From the NCBI RefSeq assembly GCF_009914755.1, contig NC_060934.1: a stretch of DNA of 64,000 nucleotides, one strand, 5' to 3'. The position numbers and the translations under genes are program-made. Below, in pieces: positions 31,256 through 49,100 of the stretch (position 1 is its first letter; each line of letters opens with the position of its first letter). Source of the stretch: the human T2T-CHM13v2.0 reference genome, Homo sapiens. The notes under the pieces are model-generated. The model was not told the origin of the DNA. It saw only the letters and a program-made list of their open reading frames with translations, and searched no databases.

Positions 31256-32154
31256 TTCTAAAAAGAGGAATCCTCTGCAGCTGTTATATCAAGCTACTTT
31301 GGGTAGGATCCCATTCCCTGCCACTGAACAGAGCTGACTGAAGCAATTGCCGGTAGCTTTGGGGTACCTGTTGCCCCTCTCTCTGTTGGAATTGTGTGCC
31401 TCAAGAGTATCTCCAGCTGGATAGAAGGGCCAATTCTTCTCAGAGGCCGAGAATATTCTTCCACGCTGTATCCCCTGCAAACAACTAGAATTCACGGTGA
31501 TGCCAACCGACTGTCCCTCTCTTCACCCACCTCCTGCCACCATTGCTGAGAGAGAATTGGCCAGTGTCACAGTATCTGACCCACCATGCATTCTGTGGAG
31601 GGTGGCAAAGAATCCTACGGAAAGTTCCAAGGGCTGACTCCTATCTGACAGATGTATGATGTTGATCGCAACTTATCCTTTCAGGGAAGACGAATATCAA
31701 TATTTCACCAGGTCTGGACAATCCTGGAACCCTGCACGCTTGACACTGAAGGCAGAATTCTGGAAGTTGAACATAGTGCTACAGATTTCACTGGGGCTGG
31801 AAGGTCGTGCTGCAGAGGTGGGCGGGTCAGTGAGAGTCTTAGGCACCTCTTCACCTTCTGCACTTAGGACTCAAAAGACATGGAGTCCACCCAGAGGCCA
31901 GAGTTTTCTTTCTTGAGCATCACGTCTGCTTGGCAGAGCCCCTGTGGAATCTCTCTAAGTTCTCATTCCTCCTCATTTGGCAACAGGCATTCCTAGATCT
32001 GGGGTGGGGACAGGGGCTGCCTCACAGAGCACAGGCAGCTTGAAGGCTAAAAGTGGGAAAGACGGGATGTTTCCCATTCAATGTTGCTATGCTAAAATGA
32101 AAGGATGTCTGGCTTGTTAAAGCAGAGGCACATATATATACTACCTGTATTGAA

Positions 32155-33650
<1,496 letters not shown>

Positions 33651-33674
33651 GGGATAATTCAGAATTTAAAATGA

Positions 33675-34082
<408 letters not shown>

Positions 34083-34134
34083 TAACACTAATGTTCTCCT
34101 TCAACTCGAGTAAAATACAATTTCCTGAATCATC

Positions 34135-34769
34135 CTGAGTGACCTCCAGTTGTCCTCACTGCTCATTACATGCTAATTATAATGCATTAGCATCCTAAAA
34201 GACACTCCCACCAGCACCATGACAGTTTACAAATGCCATGGCAATGTCTGGAAGTTACCCTATATGGTCTAAAAAGGAGAGGAACCCTCAGGTCCAGGAA
34301 TTGCCCATCCCTTTCCAGGAAGACTCATGAATAATCCACCACTTGTTTAGCATATAATCAAGAAATAACCGTAAAAAACAGAAGCCCCCATCCTGGCTAA
34401 CACGGTGAAACACCATCTCTACTAAAAAAATACAAAAAAAATAGCCAGGCGTGGTGGCAGGCGCCTGTAGTCCCAGCTACTCTGGAGGCTGAGGCAGGAG
34501 AATGGCTGAACCCGAGAGATGGAGTTTTCAGTGAGCCAAGATCGCACCACTGCACTCCAGCCTGGGCGACAGAGCGAGACTCGTCTCAAAAATAAAACAA
34601 AAAAACCAGAAGCCCTCAGGGCTGCTCTGCCTATGGAGTAACCATTCTCTTATTCTTTTACTTTCCTAATAAACTTGCTTTCACTTTCTGGATTCACCTC
34701 AAATTCTTTCTTGTGCAAGATCCAAAAACCCTCTCTTGGGGTCTGGGTAGGGACCCCTTTCGGGTAACA
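34135..34769 (+). mobile_element. MER41 LTR (5'-truncated) with a 5'-truncated AluY inserted
   Basis: Highly similar to 14820-15100; GAS motif TTCCAGGAA at 34313-34321; AATAAA and terminal ...GGGTAACA; Alu ~34388-34605 flanked by CAGAAGCCC. Confidence 0.85.
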
Positions 34770-35661
34770 TAACCATGAGAAAACCACAGAAAAATCCAGA
34801 TTGAGGGACGTTCTACAGAATTCCTGACCTGTACTCCTCTAAACTGTTAAGGGAATAAAAAACAGGGAAAGCCTGAGAAACTGTCACAGACACAGACTAA
34901 GACGATGTGATGACCAAATGTAATGTGGCATCCTGGATAGAATCCTGAAACAGAAAAGGGATGTTAGTGGAAAAACATCCTTTAGAGAAAGGATGTTAGT
35001 GAAATCTGATTAAATAAAGTGGCAAGTTTAGTTAGTAGCAATGTACTGATGTTGTTTGCTTGTTGTGACAAATGTACCATGGTGACGTCGATGTTAACAA
35101 CAGAGGCTCCTGAGTGAGGGTACATGACAGCTCTCTGTACTATCTGCAACTTTGCTATAAGCTTTAAACTATTCTAAAAGAAAAGGGTTACTTAAAATAA
35201 AAAGGGAGGTCAGGTGCAGTGGCTCACACCTGTAATCCCAACACTTTGGGAGGCAAGGCGGGTGGATCACTTGAGCTCAGGAGTTTGAGACCAGCCTGGC
35301 CAACATGGCAAAACCCCGTCTCTACTAAAAATACAAAAATTAGCTGGGCGTGGTGGTCTCAGCTACTTGGGAGGCTGAGGCAGGAGAATCGCTTGAACCC
35401 AGGAGGAGGAGGTTGCAGTGAGATGGCGCCACTGCATTCCAGCCTGGGCGACAGAGCAAGACCTTGTCTCAAAAAAAAAATTAAATAAAAAGGTAAAAAA
35501 ATAAAAGAAAATGAAAAGGTAAGGCAGGGGCATGGGGGAGGGCAGGAGGATCTGGCTTTGGTTTGGAAGGGGAAGGAAAGTTGGGAAGGCAGAAGCCCCA
35601 GCGGAGCTTTTCCTTTTTCTTTTCTTTTTCTTTCTTTATTTTATTTTATTTTTTTTTTTGA

Positions 35662-35766
<105 letters not shown>

Positions 35767-35769
35767 TGA

Positions 35770-35997
<228 letters not shown>

Positions 35998-36169
35998 TGA
36001 AGCCATCCTCCTGCCTCAGCCTCCCAAGTAGCTGTGATTACAGGCCTGGGGAACCACTGAGCCCTGCTCAAAGCTGCAGGTCTTGAACAAAACAGGCATC
36101 CCTGCCCCCCGCATCCCTGAGGAAGTGTCTTCCTATGAATGAGACTCATACCTGTGGATAGAGGAGAGG

Positions 36170-36662
36170 TCTAGCGCCGAACTTCTCCAACTTCAATGCA
36201 GGCAAGAAGCTCTCAGGAAAATCTCATTAACATGTGGATACTGACTCAACAGGCCTAGGTGGGCCCAGCAATTCCACTTTTCTTTTCTTTTTTTATTTTT
36301 TGAGACAGAGTCTCGCTCTGTCTGTCGCCCAGGTTGGAGTGAAGTAGCACAATCTAGGCTCACTGCAACTTTCGTCTCCCGGGTTTAAGTGATTCTCCTG
36401 CCTCATCCTTATGAGTAGCTGGGATTACAGGTGTGCGCCACCACGCCCGGCTAATTTTTGTATTTTTAGTAGAGATAGGGTTTCACCATGTTGGTCAGGC
36501 TGGTCTCAAACTCCTGACCTCATGATCTGCCTGCCTTGGCCTCCCAAAGTCCTGGGATTACAGGCATGAGCCACCGCGCCAGGCCGCAATTCCACTTTTT
36601 CTAACTGGCTCCCAGGGGCTGCTGATACTGCCGGTCCCAGGACCACACTCTGAGTTGCAAAA
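36170..36662 (+). mobile_element. MER5-like hAT DNA transposon remnant split by an antisense Alu (36282-36585)
   Basis: TTCTAACTGGCTCCCAGG..GCTGATACTGCCGGTCCCAGGACCACACTCTGAGTTGCAA; Alu TSD GCAATTCCACTTTT (36268-36281 / 36586-36599). Confidence 0.7.
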
Positions 36663-37245
36663 AACTGGGGAGTTGGATGTCACCACTCCCCTGGGGGTAG
36701 GGGAAGAGATGCTGAAAGGAAAGGCTGCCACCCTGAAGTCGCACATGCCCTACCTTGCCCAGCTCCCGGCGAGCGGCCCGAAGGAGAGCAGAGCACAGGC
36801 TCCACAGCCTCAGAGAACAGGCTCGATTCTGGTCTCCCACTGCCAACTGTCATCTGCGATCAGCCTCAGGTAAACCTAGGTCCACGCCGAGCCTTGGTCT
36901 GCTCTCGCCACCTGGGACTCCCTGAGGGCCCTACAGTGTTACTCTCCATCTTCATCCTCTTGGGCTCAGACCAGGACAAAAAAAATAATGCACATTTTGT
37001 CTCCACACAGAAGTCCACAGACCTGCACTCAGGCAGGTGCCTCACCCCGCACCCCAGTCTCTTGCCTCCGTCTGTACAATGGGCATCGGAACTCCCAGTA
37101 CCTACATCTCCAGGTTGTTCTGGGGACTGAAGGAGGGAATCAGAGGCAAGGGGCTCTGCACTCTGTGCAACTGCTTGTTGAAATGACTGAGGCACCTGCC
37201 AAAATAGTTTCAAATGCTTTATGAGGATTGTATTTTGCTTTTTAA

Positions 37246-37437
<192 letters not shown>

Positions 37438-38108
37438 TAAAGATAAGGTCTCACGATGTTCTCCAGGCTGGTATCAAACTTTGAGCCTCAAGAGATCCTC
37501 CCACCTTGACTTCCCAAAATGTTGGGATTACAGGCATGAGCCACCACGCCTGGCTATAAGCACAGTTGTAGGAGCTTAAAAATCAAATTAAGGTGGTTTC
37601 TTCACAGCAGATGTGAGGAAAAGAGAAGGAAGTCTATGCTGTTGACCTCTGTTGGGTCATAGATACATTAGGAGTCTGATAAAAGCTATGCCACCACCAC
37701 GCAGAAAAACACACTTAAGCCCAGGTGCAGTGGCTCACGCCTGTAATCCCTGCACCTTGGGAGGCTGAGGCAGGCAGATCACCCGAGGTCAGGAGTTCAA
37801 GACCAGCCTGGCCAACATGGAGAAACCCTGTCTCTACTAAAAATATAAAAATTAGCCAGGCTTGGTGGCACACATCTGTAATCCCAGTTCCCTGGAGGCT
37901 GAGGCAGGAGAATTGCTTGAACCCGGGAGGTGGAATTTGCAATGACCCCGAGATCGTGCCACTGCACTCCAGCCTGAGCTACAGAGCAAGACTCTGTTTC
38001 AAAAAAAAAAATAAGTTCGGGCGCAGTGGCTCACGCCTGTAATCCCAGCACTTTGGGAGGCCAAGGCAGGTGGATCACGAGGTCAGGAGATCGAGACCAT
38101 CCTGACTA

Positions 38109-38396
<288 letters not shown>

Positions 38397-39212
38397 CTAG
38401 AGGCTCCTGTAAGCTTAAAGATACAAGGAAAACACAAGCAGACAGCAGGGGAAGATGGTGGGTGGGGCTGATGTTCCCAGTTCTCAGTGTCAGCAACACT
38501 GCCCCTGTGCCCACAGTCCTGAGCTCCATCAGAGGCCACTCGGAATGCACTCTGTGCACCACCCTCCATCTGCCTGCATGCAGGCTCCCCCAGCCAGGGC
38601 ATCCTTTTCAGCTGCTTCTCTGGGAGCCTCAGGAATCTCAGCTATTGCAGCCGAGGCAGAGCAGCCTTGGTCCACTGTCACTGCCTGGGACTTCCTGAGT
38701 GCCCTACAGGGTTATTCTGAGCCTTCATCCTATTGAGCTCAGGCCAGGACAAAAAAATAATGCACATTTTGTCTCAGCACAGAAGTCCACCTACCTTCAC
38801 TGGGATCTCAGAAGAAGCAGAAGGAAATAAGAAGATCCTGGCCGGGTGCTGTGGTTCCCACCTGTGGTCTCAGCACTGTGGGAGTGCTATAGTCCTAGCT
38901 ACTTGGAGGCTGAGGCAGGAGGATCACTTGAGGCCAGGAGTTCAAGACCAGCCTGGGCAACATAGTGAGACCCCATCTTTATTTATAAAAAAAACAAAAA
39001 CCCAAGAAGATCCAAAGGCATAAAAATGGTCCATTGCACCCAGGACCTCTCCCTGACCGCAGATCCTTGGCACAAGCTGGCAGCCCTGGTCTTGGTTTTT
39101 CCTCTCCCAGCTCCTTGTCCCTGTCTCAGGCCCCTCCTTCTTAAATGAGACCTTTATTGCTTTTTTCCTCATAGTCTCTGCCACTCCTCCCTCTGTCCCT
39201 GTCCTCAGGAGC

Positions 39213-40342
<1,130 letters not shown>

Positions 40343-43300
40343 ATTGTATATGAGAATGATGCAGCTGCCCCGGGGAAGAGAGAAGAAACTGCTAATTTCC
40401 CACCAGTATCCATTCCTTCCTTGTTTTGTTAGTATGCCTGAGTTTTGGTTGGGCACATGATCACATGACTAAAGATTATACTCCCCAGCCTCCCTTGCAG
40501 CTTATTGAGTCAATACAACCAAATTCTGATTGATGGTTAGGACGAGGTCAGATGTATGCCACTTCTGGGTTATGACCTTAAAGGAATGGGTGTGTGCTCC
40601 CTTTGCCCTTTCCTTCTTCCCACTGAGTGGGAGGCAGACATGATGGCAGAAGCTAGAGCAGCCACTTTGAGCCCACCAGTGGGAGTTACCATGAGCCCCA
40701 AACAATGACTGACTATGACTGACTGTAGTAGGTGCTCAATAAATAATTTTGGAGGGTCCTAACTCACTTAATCCTCACAATAATCCTATGAAGTCCAACC
40801 AAGTTTACAGGTAAGGAACCTGAGACACAGGTTGAGTAATTGCTATAAGGTCACCAAGGGCAAGATTTGATTCCAGGCAACCAGGTTCCAGAGTCCATGC
40901 TTTTAGTGATGACAACATATAGAACAGAGATCTATACACTGAACTGTTATGTGAAAAAGAATAGACACCTATCCCTGTTAGTCTATGTATTGGGGGACCT
41001 CTTTGTCACAGCAGCTTAAATATACCTTAACATACCCTCTGTGTCACCCCAGAGGCAAACATAGGTCTCCCCCTCTCCACACTCCCCCTAGGGCCAGTAA
41101 CCAAGCAGGCAGGCTCCTGGGAGGCTTCTGAGAGGGCTCCCTAGGGGATGAAGTTTCCTAATTGGTTCAATTTGTTTTCACTCCAGACTCTATATTCCTA
41201 AAAATCAGAAAAGTCTTCATCCCACTTGGGTCTCCAGCTGCTGAAGTACCATGCACACTCACAAGCCCTCCCTTTCCTCCAACCTAGCAACACAAAGACA
41301 TGGGTACACACACACTACACCCCAATGAGAAAACAGCCCTTCGTCTCCAAAGGGTAGTGTTTTCTCTGAGTTCTTTAAATTAACTAACATTTCAATAGTT
41401 TTGCGGTTTACAAGCTATCGCCATGGAAAAAGGGCCTGGTAAAGTAACCAAGAAATGTTATTAAGTGAAAAAAGTGAATTTCAGAATAGGACACATGCTC
41501 TGTTCTTATTTCTACACATATATGCACACATCTATATGTTTGCAAAAATGCAGCTCTGTCTGTGGAAGCAGTGGCTGCTCATAACCACCGTGGGAGATGG
41601 AACCGGTCTTAGTATCACCCGCCTTTACAGATGAGGAAACTGGCTTAGCGAGGCTGAGGAACAGCTAGAAGGAGTGAGACCCGTGCTTTGCTCCCCTGCC
41701 CCACAGTTCAAAGCCCTGCTCTTTCTATTAGACCTATCTCCTGTCATTCTAAGTCCATGTCACTCTAGCTTATTGTCCCCATAGTCTGCCCAGCTCACTG
41801 CTCCCTGCCCCATCTTTGGAAGAAAACCAGGGATGTGGAGGGGGCATCTCTGGGAGGGCTATTCTGGGAGGCCTCACTGTCTGCTTATGATCAGTAACGC
41901 TAGGTATTCCAAGGCAGTAGGTCTCACCCCCAGGGACAAAGAAATCCCAATAGCTGGAGACCATGACAGAAATGTACTACAGCTCAGCCTGTGTATTTTT
42001 AACACGTTCCCCAGAACTTGATGTGAGTTTCTCAGTGACTGAAACTGATATTAAGTAAGCCCAATTTTTTTTTTTTTTGAGACAGAGTTTCCCTCTTGTC
42101 ACCCAGGCTGGAGTGCAGTAGCACAATCTCAGCTCACTGCAACCTCCGTCTCCCAAGTTCAAGCAATTCTCCGCTTCAGCCTCCCGAGTAGCTGGGATTA
42201 CAGGTGCCCACCACCATGCCCGGCTAATTTTTGTATTTTTAGTTGAGACGGGGTTTCACCATGTTGGCCAGGCTGGTCTCGAACGCCTGACCTCAGGTGA
42301 TCCACCCGCCTCAGCCTCCCAAAGTGCTGGGATTACAGGCATAAGCTACTGTGCCTGGCCCCAATTTCTTTTTGAAGAAGGTAATTGGCATGGGTATTTT
42401 CCTTCTTTCTTCCCCCCACAGAGATCAGTTACATATCTTTGGTGGGAAAGGTGAGCTGGGAAGAAAAGCCCACTCAGTGTGGAGCCCTGGGGAGCTGCAA
42501 ATAAGAGACCCTCACATGCCCACAAGGATGAGCTCTCTGAGGGAGGGGACTGCCCTGCCTGGACTCCAATCTCGGGATCATTCCCCCTTCTGTCTCCAGA
42601 GCTCACTGCTCAGGCCAGGAGAAGGTTTCCCTGGGCTTACCAACACCTCTACATCTGGCACTGAAATTCTTGAATAGTCACCAGCATTTGGACTAAAATG
42701 TGCCTTTTGCAAAGCACCCTGTGAAGACATTAGCTCATCTGACCCTGAGTGCACCCCCCTGAGACAGGGAATATTATGGTCAACTCACAGATGATGAAAC
42801 TGAGGCTTCGAGAGATGAAGTGACTTGCCAAAGTCCCACAGCTAGGAAGTTACAGACTTAAGCCCAGGATATCTGATCCCACATATCAGGTGGATTTCCT
42901 CATTTGGAAGTCACGCTGGGGAGGAGTAGATGGGAAGGGGAGAGATTCTGCAGTTCTCCCAGAAGAGTCTGGGAAAGGGAAAGAAGGAGAAAGAAGGAGC
43001 AGGCTGCTTCATAAAGGGAAGATTCTCAGGCCCCACTGATTCTATTTCAGTGGCTATGAAGTGAGGACCTGAAATCTGTGTTTTCAAGCTCAGACTAGCC
43101 AGCCGGGCCCATCAACAGCTCTCCCTTGCTGCCCTCCCATCCTGGGGGAAGGGAAGAGGGACACGAGGTATCCTGGCTCTAGTGCAGTGACTCCAGGGAC
43201 CCCAAGATGTCCACTCTGGGAGGACACTCTGCCAGGGAAAACTACTTAAGACCCCAAGAGAAAAAGGATGGAAACAGATGGAAGGGGGACAGAGGATCTC

Positions 43301-44213
43301 CTTCACCTCTTTCCCCACCTAAGGCTTGGGGCTCAGGATTCTCATTTTCCTGCTACTTACAGTAAGTGGAAATTCCCAATACTTGTGGCTAATCTGTGTC
43401 TAGGGGGGATTCCCGCTCTCTGGACATGGCAGGTGGGCAAGAGGGGATTGGGGACAGAGTTCTGGGAGACTTATAAACAATCACAGAGCATTGCCTCGAA
43501 TGAAAGGCTGTCACCAGATCTCAGGTCGCAAGGGACTTTTGAAGCCCAGTACCCCTCCTGTCACGCAGTAAGACACAGTACTCCCCTTTCTCTAAGGACA
43601 GTCTCAAAATCGAGGACAAAGACCTAAAGCGACCTTAACAGACTGCCTCCTCCCACACCTGCCCAGGGGTTCTTCCCACTCTGATCCTTGCTTCTCCTAA
43701 ACGTTCAGGGCTGGAGAAGGTCCTGCAGTTGGGTGGGAGCAGGTCTCAGGAGTGGGTCTTGGGTGAGTGTGGCTCTGCAGGGTCAGGAGTTCAGTGTCAA
43801 GACATGGTGGCAGCCTGAGCCTGTGTAAGGGAGTGTTTGGTGCACCACAGAGTCAGTACATGTGTATGTCAGGCATGTGAGGGCCCTCATGGGGCATAGA
43901 ACTTCCTGCTGCACTCACTACCTATTAGGTTTTCTGCCAGGATGTCACCAGAAGCTCAGGGATCTCTGGCCCTTCTAGAAGTGCCAGGCAGGGCTGTCGC
44001 CACCTCTTACCACTTTTTATCTACTCTGAACAATTCGCGCAAGACCCATGGACTGAGCCTGGGTTGGCACTCACTCTTCCCCTGACCTTTCCATCTGCAG
44101 TGTGCTAGCTGGGGAACGTGGCCCGTCCGTCAGGCCTGATGATCACACTGTAGAGAAAGAAATTTATTTTTATTTATGCATTGTTACATTTATTTATTTA
44201 TTTATTTATTTAG

Positions 44214-44396
<183 letters not shown>

Positions 44397-44511
44397 TAGC
44401 CAGGCTGGTCTCGAACTCCTGACCTCAGGTGATCTGCCGGTCTCAGCCTCTCAAAGTGCTGGGATTACAAGCATGAGCCACTGTGCCTGGCCTATGTATT
44501 TATTTTTTTGA

Positions 44512-44811
<300 letters not shown>

Positions 44812-45145
44812 TAAGTGACAAGTAAACATTGTATATATTTATGCTGTGAAATATGATGTATATACTGTGGTGCAGGGGAAGAAATTTCTAACCTCCCAGG
44901 TATCCTATCAGCTGGGAGGAAGCTGACCCCACAGCAGGAGGGAAAGAGGTAAGATTAGCACAGAACTCACAGTGCGGGTGGAACTCAGCAACACTGAGTC
45001 TCCCTTCCCTGTGCAATCCCATGAAGATCGGAGGAACCCTTGTGCGCCTTTGGGAAAGGGACTTCCTCCCTATAGGCAGGAGGGTAGCTGAGATGACCGC
45101 GAGCCAGTTAGAGGAATTTCGCTGCCTCCAGCCCCGCAGCCCGCC

Positions 45146-45178
45146 GCAGTGCCAAATAACAGACGGCAGAGGGCGCTC
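45146..45178 (+). promoter_or_regulatory. CTCF motif with upstream (ZF9-11) module
   Basis: GCAGTGCC (45146-45153), a spacer, then ACGGCAGAGGGCGC (45163-45176), in a small CpG-rich patch. Confidence 0.5.
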
Positions 45179-45792
45179 CTACCTAACCTTTCCCATGCCG
45201 CGGAGGGTGCGAGGACCGGAACTTTGCGAGCCGAGAAAGTTCTGATTTTTTTCCGCAGTGTTCTGATCTTTGCCCGCAGTGTACCGGGGATTGAGCTGGG
45301 GGCCGGGCTCGGGTAGGAATAGGGATGAGAGGGGCTCATAAGTAGACCCCCCCCCCTTTTTTTTTTGAGACGGAGTGTCACTCTGCCGCCAGGCTGGAAT
45401 GCAGTGTGGCGCGATCTCGGCTCACTGCAACCTCTGCCTCCTGGGATTACAGGCGTGAGCCACCGCACACGGCCAGAGAACCCCCCCTTTTTTTTTTTGC
45501 TCCCCGCCAGCAGAGACATGGGGTGGTCCCTTCCTCAACCCCACGCCAAACCCAAACCCTGAAACAGTGTCCCGCACATCTGCCGGGTCCAAGTGAGAGT
45601 CCCCTAGCCACACCCCTGCAATTCCTTGCGGCCCTCTACTAAAGGCTCCGTTCCAAGAAGTGAGGGTGAGAGGTCGGGCGCGGTAGCTCACACCTGTAAT
45701 GCGGCAGCTTTGGGAGGCCGTGAGTTATGATCATGTCACTGGACTCCAGCCTGAGTCAGAGTGACAGACAGAGACCCCTGTCTCTATTTTTA

Positions 45793-45912
<120 letters not shown>

Positions 45913-45979
45913 CTATACTAAAAGTTAAAAAAAAATAGCCAAGCGTAGTGGTGCGCGTCTGAGTAGTACCAGCTACTCA

Positions 45980-46126
<147 letters not shown>

Positions 46127-46149
46127 TCAGGAGCTTGTAGTTTGGGAGT

Positions 46150-49100
46150 GGGACCGCGTCAGGATGGCTATCCGGGCTCCGGATGGGTGGGGAAAGGGGT
46201 GGCTTAAGGGCGGGCACTGCTGCTGAGCGTCAAGTACCGCTAGGTGGCGCTCGAAGCCCGCGTCACAGAGAAGCGGGGCCTTTCGAACACCTGTGCTCAA
46301 GAGGGGGCGGGCTTGGAGACCCGAGAGGGCTGCAGGAAGAAAGAGCCTGGACCCTAGGATCCTCCCTGAAACAGCGGGATGGCCTGGGTACATGGGGCCA
46401 TTGGGCAGCCATCGTTCTCCGGAGGCTTAAAAGGGGCGAGGTGAAGAGGGGGGCAAAAGCGTGGCAGGCGCTGCGAGGGAGAGAGGAGGCATCCCCCGGC
46501 CTTCCCCAGGACCTGGAGGGGTGGGAGACTGTCGTCGGCACACCTGCCTCTCTGAATTTATGGATTCCGTTCTGAGGCTGCTAGGAGAAGAATTCGGGGT
46601 CTTAGAGGCCACATTTGGCCCAGGAGTCAAACATACAAGGGCACGCTCATCTGTTTTTCTCCCAGGATACGCGGGTCTGTGTATGAGCAGCTGCTCTGAG
46701 CTTGCGACTGGGAGGGCAGAGGGTGTAGACTCCCGCGTCCCGGGGCTCCCTTCCTCGCTCTTCCTTCGGACACCCACAGCAGCTGCTCCTGGGGAATCTG
46801 CCCCCAAGTTTCGAGGAACTGCCCCCCAGCGCCCAGGAGGAAAGGGGAATGGGGCTGTAAACGTGTCTAATTCAGACCCGTTATCCAGATCGGAATTAGT
46901 TTCTCGCGGACACCTCCGCGCCGCGGGCCATTCTCTGCCTGGGGCCTTTCTTGGACCGATCCATAGGGCCTCGACTGGCTTCCACGGCGCTTGCAAATTA
47001 GAGACTCTGATGCCTCAAATTTGTGGGGTCCTGCCTCCAGCTCATCCCCCTCTCCCGAGGCTTGGCCTAAAGGCACCATCCCTGCCACTCCTCACCCCCT
47101 GAATTCAGTCGGGGGCCTGTGTGGAGGGAAAGGAAAACCTGGAGAGACCAAGTGGCTGCACTGCCACCGCGCAGGCATGGATCCTGCCTGGCCGCCGTCT
47201 GGGAACTCGAGATCCGAGGAGGGGCAAAAGCCGCCGGCGCCGGGGTCAGGCCTGGTGGACCCGAGCTCCTTGGTGAGACCTGGACCCACCGTCTTCTCCT
47301 TCAAAAGCACAGGGTGGCAGCGGGGAAAGGATACGTTCCCATTGAAGGGGCGATGGAAAACTGGAATCAGAGACTGAAGGAGGCGGGGCATGGGACCCCG
47401 GAAGATGCCTCCCAGACGTTCCAGGCCTGCTTGCCCGGCTCCGGAGGTCTTAGCAGCATCCTCGGAGGTTGCCAAACACCTGGGAAGGGGGTAGGTGGAG
47501 CTTGAAAGGACTCTGGGTCTCTCTTTGGGAATGCAAAGTCCCCTCAACTCTCCTGGCCCTCCCATCCGCCCCCCACCCGCGCCAGCGTGTGGTAGCCCCG
47601 AGCCTAGCACGCTGAGATGTGGGAAGGTGTGGGTCTGCCCAGTGGGTGGCCCCGACAGAACGAATCCGAGGTCCTGGGAGGAATTGGGAGACGTGAAGAG
47701 TTGGGTATCTGCCGCCCCAAGGTGGGGCCATCCGCTTGGCAGTTTCGGCTCTGCGGGCGGCGCGGCCTCGCGCGGAATCTAGCCAGCCCCTGAGAGTCCC
47801 CGCCCCCTCCCCGAGGCCCAAGGTATTAGTGCTGCTTGATCAGACCTCATTTCCTGCGAAAATGGAAACATATCCAGGGTCCTTAATAAAGTGAATGACG
47901 AGGCTTCGGTGTAATTGGGCTTCCGTTTGGTGGCTATTTCCTTAAACTGAGAGTGGAAAAAAATGTAAACTCACAGCGCTCAGATGTAATTATATGATTA
48001 TCAAAAGGAGTGCAGGATGGATTAGCCGAGCAACGACCTAGAGTCTGAGAAACGGGCAGGCACAAACGCTTACTCAGACCAAGGGACCCAGAAGTCCCGG
48101 ACTTCCACACCAGCCCCGCATCCAAGCGCGCGCCTTTGAAACCTTCGGCCTCTCCTGCCAGCCAGAGACCCGCCCTGCCGTTGCCATCGGGACACGCGGG
48201 ATCTTTATTTATACGCTGGGGTGGGTCTTTTCCTTCCTCGCAGAGGAGGAGCGTCCTCTAAGGCAAGGGGGGTGGGTGCTGGCTACGAGTCCCCTGACCG
48301 CCTGCCCGGCCCGCGTGCGCTGGCTGCATATTTCTATGCATAATCCAATTTTCTCCGTGACTATCTAGTTAAACTCTTTAACAACAGCTACATAATTAGA
48401 ATTTGGATTCCCATTAATTTTCCTTGGGCCTCGAACCATTTGCAGCTCACACTGGTAATTAATGCGATACATCACTAACTTTACCCAGCGCAGGCCGGCC
48501 CGGCTCAGGTCGCTCGGCCAGCGCCTGGCGCCCTCGAGCGGGACCCTGACTCCTGACCCTGCTTCCCAGGTGGGAGCCGTTTTCCTCCTTCCAAAGCCAG
48601 ATGCCTCGGGCCCGCGAACCAAAAGCCTTCTTTCCAGGAAATTTCACAATTAAAAATATTTATCGGGAGCAGATTTACGTTTCTGGGTTTCCAGTCTCGG
48701 GGCGTCTGGGTAGGCTATTAAGAGTAATTAGCATCTTTTGCGCATGCAGATTTACTTCGCTCATTGCCACATAACTCATCCCTAAAAGCCGGCGCAGGCG
48801 AAAGCAGGCGCCGCCGGCGGAGCCGCTGCCACAGCTACCGCCGCTGCCCGCCCGAGCCCCCCTCCCCTCCTGCGCTGCCCGCTCCCAGTCTCTCCGGCCC
48901 GAATTGTCCGCTCCAGGCCCCAGACGCTGAACACGGAACGAAAAGGCTTCCATCCTGGAGACCTGGAGACGAGTGACGCCAGAGCGACCTCGTGCGGTTG
49001 GGGAAGGCCCAGACTAGGCTCTCCAGGCTGGGGCCGCGCCGTCTGGACCCCAGGCATTGCGACCACGCATGTGTGTGCACCACCGAGTGGGCGCTTGTGT

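Noticed and set aside
31652-31916. Two short ATG-initiated ORFs in unique sequence
   Set aside because: No recognisable domain; lengths are within chance expectation.
46183-47821. Overlapping 120-213 aa ORFs on both strands
   Set aside because: CpG-island stop-codon depletion; no recognisable domain or splice structure.
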